Assembly: GCA_963765675.1 (NCBI GenBank)
Contig: CAVXXK010000001.1
Coordinates: forward strand, 768,001 to 832,000
Direction of reading: 5' to 3'
DNA: 64,000 bases
Origin: an uncultured delta proteobacterium
Lineage (GTDB): Bacteria; Desulfobacterota; Binatia; Binatales; Binataceae
Position 1 is the first letter of the stretch. The number at the start of each line of letters is the position of its first letter. The notes under the pieces were generated by a model that had not been told where the DNA came from, searched no databases, and was given only the letters and a program-made list of their open reading frames with translations. Shown here piece by piece: positions 58,907 through 64,000 of this stretch. A program made the position numbers and the translations under genes.

Positions 58907-60736
58907 ATGACGATGACTCAATATTGGCTTCTTCCGGCCGCGTTAATCGTGGTGGCCATCGCGGTTTCCATTCCATTGAGCAAATACGCAGCGTGGATAA
59001 TGGAAGGCCATTACCATCCGCCGCGGCTGTTCGCCTGGTTTGAGAAAAAGCTCGACAGCGGACCGCAGGGCTGGAAACAGTACACTGCGGCGCTGCTGAT
59101 CTTTAATCTCGTGCTGTTCGTCTGGGGTTACCTGGTGCTTGCGCTACAGCCATTCACGCCGCTCAACCCTCGGGGTTTGGGCATGTTGGCGCCAACAACC
59201 ATCTTCAATACCGTCACGTCATTCATGACGAATACCAACCTGCAGGATTATGCAGGCGATGTTAATTTCTCAAACTTTACCCAGATATTTTTTACAATCT
59301 CTAATCAGTATATTTCGGCGGCAGTCGGGTTTTGTGCACTTGCGGCGATAATCAGGGCTTTTCGCGGTGAATCGAAAGTCGGGAATTTCTTCGTCGATAT
59401 GTGGCGCGTCCTGATCTACATGTTCGTCCCCGCCGCGATTCTGGTGGGCGTGCTCTTCATTCAGCAAGGGATGCCGATGACATTTCAGAGCACTGTGCAG
59501 GCGACCACGGTCGAACCTGGAGCGATGGGTACCGACGACAAGGGAGCGGCGAAGCAGCAGACCATCGTAATGGGGCCGGTCGCCGCGATGATACCGATCA
59601 AACAGCTCGGCACCAATGGTGGCGGGTTTTTCGGCGCCAATTCCGCTCAGCCATATGAAAATCCCAGCGCATGGACGAACTTCCTCACCTGCCTAGCGAT
59701 GATGATTTTTCCGTTCACGCTGGTGCTGATGTTCGGCCGAATGCTCAGAAAAATGCTGCACGCTATCGTTATCTACGCGGTGATGTTGACCCTGATGGTG
59801 GGGATGATCGTGTGGGCGATTTACTTCGAGCTGAAGCCAAACCCAGGCCTGACAGCTCATCCGACCAGCGTGACTTATAAGATTCCCAGCGCTACCGCGG
59901 CTGGCGGATTCCGGGAGATCAAGATTCCAACCGTTGCCGGACTGCCGGTTGATCAGCACAGCGGGAACCTGGAGGGCAAGGAACTGCGTTTCGGTACTGT
60001 CGCAGGACCAACCTTTGCGGCGTTAACCACTGCGGTTACCTGCGGCGCCGTCGACTGCGCGCACGATAGCTTGAACCCGCTGACGGGACTCTCGCCGATG
60101 GTGGGCATGTGGCTGAACTGCGTATTCGGCGGCAAGGGTGTCGGAATGATTAATCTCCTGCTCTTCCTGATCATCGGCGTATTTATTGCGGGCCAGATGG
60201 TGGGGAGATCGCCCGAATACCTGGGCCGGAAAGTCGGCGCACGCGAGGTCAAGCTGGCGGTTATCGCGCTCTTGGTTCATCCACTGATGATCCTCGGGCC
60301 CACCGGAGTGTTCGCCGCTACCAACTGGGGAATCAAAGCGGAATTAAATCCCGCCGCGCATGGCTTCTCGGAGGTTATGTATCAATTCAGCTCGGCATCG
60401 GCGAACAACGGTTCGGGTTTCGAGGGACTTGGCGACACCTGGGGATTTAACGCCAACCCCAATCCAGCTCCGACCAGCCAGGCTTTGGACATAGCGGCAG
60501 GATTGGTCATGCTGTTCAGCCGATATCTACCCATCGTCGCGCCGATTGCGATGGCGGCTTTCCTCGGGATCAAGAAGGAGGCGCCGTATGGGCTCGGGAC
60601 CATGCGCGACGACACGTTGACATTTTATTTCCTGTTGCTCGGCACCATCGTGATTATCGGAGCGCTGCTGTTTCTGCCGGTCGCAGCGCTTGGTCCGTTA
60701 GCGGACCACCTGGGTCCGATACCGTTTGGTGGATGA
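58907..60736 (+). CDS. kdpA: K+-transporting ATPase subunit A, copy 2 (canonical)
   Basis: SFMTNTNLQ, IKQLGTNGGG, EGKELRFG, TTAVTCGAV, SANNGS. Confidence 0.95.
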   Translation: MTMTQYWLLPAALIVVAIAVSIPLSKYAAWIMEGHYHPPRLFAWFEKKLDSGPQGWKQYTAALLIFNLVLFVWGYLVLALQPFTPLNPRGLGMLAPTTIFNTVTSFMTNTNLQDYAGDVNFSNFTQIFFTISNQYISAAVGFCALAAIIRAFRGESKVGNFFVDMWRVLIYMFVPAAILVGVLFIQQGMPMTFQSTVQATTVEPGAMGTDDKGAAKQQTIVMGPVAAMIPIKQLGTNGGGFFGANSAQPYENPSAWTNFLTCLAMMIFPFTLVLMFGRMLRKMLHAIVIYAVMLTLMVGMIVWAIYFELKPNPGLTAHPTSVTYKIPSATAAGGFREIKIPTVAGLPVDQHSGNLEGKELRFGTVAGPTFAALTTAVTCGAVDCAHDSLNPLTGLSPMVGMWLNCVFGGKGVGMINLLLFLIIGVFIAGQMVGRSPEYLGRKVGAREVKLAVIALLVHPLMILGPTGVFAATNWGIKAELNPAAHGFSEVMYQFSSASANNGSGFEGLGDTWGFNANPNPAPTSQALDIAAGLVMLFSRYLPIVAPIAMAAFLGIKKEAPYGLGTMRDDTLTFYFLLLGTIVIIGALLFLPVAALGPLADHLGPIPFGG

Positions 60737-60786
60737 GTAACTAAGTAACGAAGAGCCACAGGACTTTTTCGACGGAGCAATCGAAA

Positions 60787-62950
60787 ATGGAAGCACTTAA
60801 AGACGCGCCGATACCGGAACTGAACATCGATCCGCCGCTACCTGCACCACCGCGACGCTCGCGTGCGCAGGCGCTGTTCGCGCCGGAGCTCGTGCGCCCG
60901 GCGATCAAGGAAGCATTCTTGATGCTTCGTCCCGAGGTTCAATGGCGCAACCCGGTGATGTTCGTGGTCGAAATTGGCGCCGTGCTCACGGCTCTGTTTA
61001 TCATCCAGGCGGCGCTGGGGGCCTCATCCAGCCAGGTATCAGTCAACTATTTCATTGCCCTCGATTTCTGGTTGTGGCTGACAGTACTATTCGCGAACTT
61101 TGCGACCGCGCTGGCGGAGGCCCGCGGCCGCGCGCAAACTGAATCGCTGCGCCGGGCCCGCACCGATACGCCGGCGTACCGTCTCAAGGGCGCGGACATC
61201 ATCGAAGAGATTCTGGCTTCCGACCTTCATCCGGGCGACCGGGTGGTCGTGAAGGCTGGCCAGGTAATTCCGGGTGACGGCGAAATCATCGAGGGGATCG
61301 CTTCGGTGGACGAGTCGGCAATCACCGGCGAATCCGCTCCAGTGATCCGCGAGTCGGGGGGTGATCGGTCAGGAGTGACAGGGGGCACTCGAGTGATCTC
61401 AGACAGTATAGTTGTGAGAATCACCGCGGCGGCCGGGGAATCATTTCTCGATCGAATGATCGCGCTGGTCGAGGGCGCGGTTCGTCAGCGCACGCCTAAT
61501 GAAATTGCGCTCAGCCTGGTGCTGACGGCGTTCACGCTCATCTTTCTGATCGTCGTCGTTCCGCTGTGGCCGATGGCGTTGAATGCGGAAATATACATGA
61601 TGAGCTATCTCGGCATCACCGAGCCGCTCAAGAGTCTCGGAACCGATGTTCCAACCCTTGTCGCACTTCTAGTCTGTCTGATTCCTACTACAATTGGCGC
61701 CTTGCTCGCGGCGATCGGCATCGCGGGCATGGATCGAGCCCTGCAGGCCAATATCCTCGCTAAGAGCGGCAAGGCGGTCGAGACGGCGGGCGATATCGAC
61801 ACCGTGTTACTCGACAAGACTGGCACGATCACGATGGGCAATAGGCATGCGACTGAGTTTGTTCCAGTTGGAAGGTATACTGCGCTCGAGCTCGGCCGGC
61901 TGGCTGCGATGGCTTCGATCGCGGATGAGACGCCCGAAGGCAAAACTATAGTCAAACTCTATTTCGAACGAGGCGGCGGAGCCGGCGATCTCAACGTTCC
62001 GAAAGGAGCAGAGTTCGTTCCGTTTTCCGCGCAAACGCGGATGAGTGGAGTCGACCTCCCGGGCGGCAGGACGATTCGCAAAGGCGCACCTGACGCTGTG
62101 CTTCGCTTTGTTGAACGTCAGTCGATGGCGGTGCCCGCAGATCTGCAGCCGACCGTGAACTCGATCGCATCACTGGGCGCGACGCCGCTGGTAGTTGCCG
62201 ACGGTGCGAGCATCGCGGGCGTTGTGGTGCTCTCAGACGTCCTCAAAGCCGGAATCAGCGAGCGCCTCGAGCGCCTGCGCAAGATGGGCGTGACGGAGCG
62301 TGATGATCACCGGAGACAACCCGCTTACCGCCGCGACGATCGCGAAACAGGCCGGGGTTGATGATTTCGTTGCCCAGTGCACGCCGGAGTCGAAGCTCGC
62401 CTACATCAGGAACGAACAGGCGGCGGGCAAGCTGGTTGCGATGGTCGGTGACGGCACCAACGACGCGCCCGCGCTCGCACAGGCCGATGTGGGCCTCGCA
62501 ATGAACTCGGGCACACAAGCCGCCAAGGAAGCAGGCAACATGGTGGACCTGGACAGCAATCCCACCAAGTTGCTCGAGGTCGTCGAGATTGGAAAGCAGC
62601 TACTCATGACGCGCGGCTCGTTGACCACGTTTTCGATTGCAAACGACGTTGCCAAATATTTCGCGATCGTGCCGGCGCTGTTCGCAGGGACGCTACCCTG
62701 GCTGAAGGCGATGGACGTGATGCATCTGCATTCGCCGATCTCGGCCATACTCTCGGCCGTGATCTTCAATGCGGTAATCATTCCATTACTCATTCCGATC
62801 GCTTTGCGTGGCGTTCAGTATCGCCCGCTGGGCGCCGATGCGTTGCTCAGGCGAAACCTGCTGGTCTGGGGGCTCGGCGGCGTTCTTCTGCCGTTCGTAG
62901 GAATAAAGCTGATCGACATGATCATGGTGGCCGGGCACTTGGTTGCCTGA
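60787..62950 (+). CDS. kdpB: K+-transporting ATPase subunit B, frameshifted near 62293
   Basis: NPVMFVV, TGES, CLIPTT, DKTGT, KGA; then [28 protein letters not shown]. Removing one A at 62293 gives [12 protein letters not shown]. Confidence 0.93.
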
Positions 62951-62978
62951 CGAAGACAGAATCCAGAGGAGCATTTCT

Positions 62979-63995
62979 ATGGGACGCTATTTTTCGAAGA
63001 GTTTTCTTCTCTTTCTCTTCGTGATTCCGACTGTCTGTATCGCATACCCGCTGTTTCTGTGGGTGATTGGCCAGGTATTCTTCCCATTCCAGGCCAACGG
63101 CAGCATCCTGCGGGACGCCCATGGCAATGCAATTGGCTCACTACTGATCGCTCAACCGTTCACCAAGGACGAGTACTTCCAGCCGCGTCCATCGGCGGCG
63201 TCCTACGACGCTTCGGCCTCGGCTCCCTCGAATCTCTCGGCCTCCAACTATGCGCTGCGGGATCGGGTCGCGCGCTCGCTCGGGCCAATCGTCAAATACG
63301 CCGACGGACCAAAGAAGGGTCAGCTCGTCGCACCTGACGTTGAAGCGTGGTTCCAGCAGGACAAGTTCGGCGGACAGCCGCACATCGTTGCCCAGTGGGC
63401 CGACGCTCACAACGAGCTCGCGACGGGTTGGGTGAACGCGGATCCGTCGCATGGCGCGTATGTGGACGATTGGTCCAAAAAACATCCAGGCGTCGTCGCA
63501 CAGTTCAAGAAAGACAATCCTGGAACGCCGGATCCAAAAGCTCCGGATCTCGCGGTGGTGTTTTTCGAGACTTTTTCGAAGGAAAATCCGGGCAAGTTTC
63601 CGTCTTCTGTTTCGCATCAGGGTGCAGACGGCAAGACTACGACTGCGATCGAGCCGGTGGCTGATGGCTCGGACATACAATCGATCTTCTTCGATATGTG
63701 GCGCCAGGAGCACGCTGACGTCCAGCTCGAGGATGTTCCCGGAGATATGGTTACGGCGTCAGGCTCCGGCCTTGATCCTGATATCAGCATGCAAAACGCT
63801 GAGTATCAGATCGACCGTGTTGCGCAGAAGTGGGCTTCGGACACCAAGCGTGATCCCAAACAGGTGCATGACGAGATCGAGCAGATATTGCGGGCGAACG
63901 CGCAGGCGCCATTTGGCGGATTGGCCGGCGAACAGTTCGTGAACGTGCTTCAGGTAAACCTGGGCTTGAAAGAGCGTTACGGCGAACCCAAGTGA
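62979..63995 (+). CDS. kdpC: K+-transporting ATPase subunit C with large internal insertion
   Basis: GAGGAG RBS; YP...FPFQANGS, GSLLIAQPF, YFQPRPSA, VPGDMVTASGSGLDPDIS, VNVLQVN; 338 aa. Confidence 0.9.
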   Translation: MGRYFSKSFLLFLFVIPTVCIAYPLFLWVIGQVFFPFQANGSILRDAHGNAIGSLLIAQPFTKDEYFQPRPSAASYDASASAPSNLSASNYALRDRVARSLGPIVKYADGPKKGQLVAPDVEAWFQQDKFGGQPHIVAQWADAHNELATGWVNADPSHGAYVDDWSKKHPGVVAQFKKDNPGTPDPKAPDLAVVFFETFSKENPGKFPSSVSHQGADGKTTTAIEPVADGSDIQSIFFDMWRQEHADVQLEDVPGDMVTASGSGLDPDISMQNAEYQIDRVAQKWASDTKRDPKQVHDEIEQILRANAQAPFGGLAGEQFVNVLQVNLGLKERYGEPK

Positions 63996-64000
63996 CTCGG

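Noticed and set aside
56678-60736. Tandem kdpA as an assembly duplication
   Set aside because: Copies differ at many synonymous and non-synonymous sites and have indels
62281-62300. Programmed frameshift or natural split of kdpB
   Set aside because: No slippery heptamer; the break falls inside the P domain, and similar single indels recur across the window

Overview
GC-rich bacterial window of mostly metabolic and accessory genes. The repertoire (two zinc-ribbon/class III cyclase/AAA/TPR proteins, two N-acyl-D-amino-acid deacylase paralogues, DUF1329, DUF1566) resembles Candidatus Binatota; this is an inference only. The left part holds a small core block (asnS, cvpA, trxA, tRNA-Ser(GGA)), followed by catabolic and redox genes, including a sigma54-controlled AhpD / RclA-like / beta-diketone hydrolase / SDR operon. 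The middle holds ndh, an AT-rich single-gene insert encoding an HNH + DGQHK(ParB-like) protein flanked by an imperfect 22-bp direct repeat, a single-chain acyl-CoA carboxylase and an msrB-oxd-2OG oxygenase-Trx/NHL run. The right part holds an HK-KaiC-like-REC module and an unusual kdp locus: degenerate PII-like gene, kdpA with altered filter motifs, two small membrane peptides, a second canonical kdpA, kdpB and an enlarged kdpC. The best candidates for undescribed systems are the two-KdpA/PII-like locus and the HNH-DGQHK insert. Five otherwise intact genes carry single frameshifts that are most likely sequencing indels, so single-residue claims need read-level checks. All family assignments come from motif recognition by eye; no database search was run.
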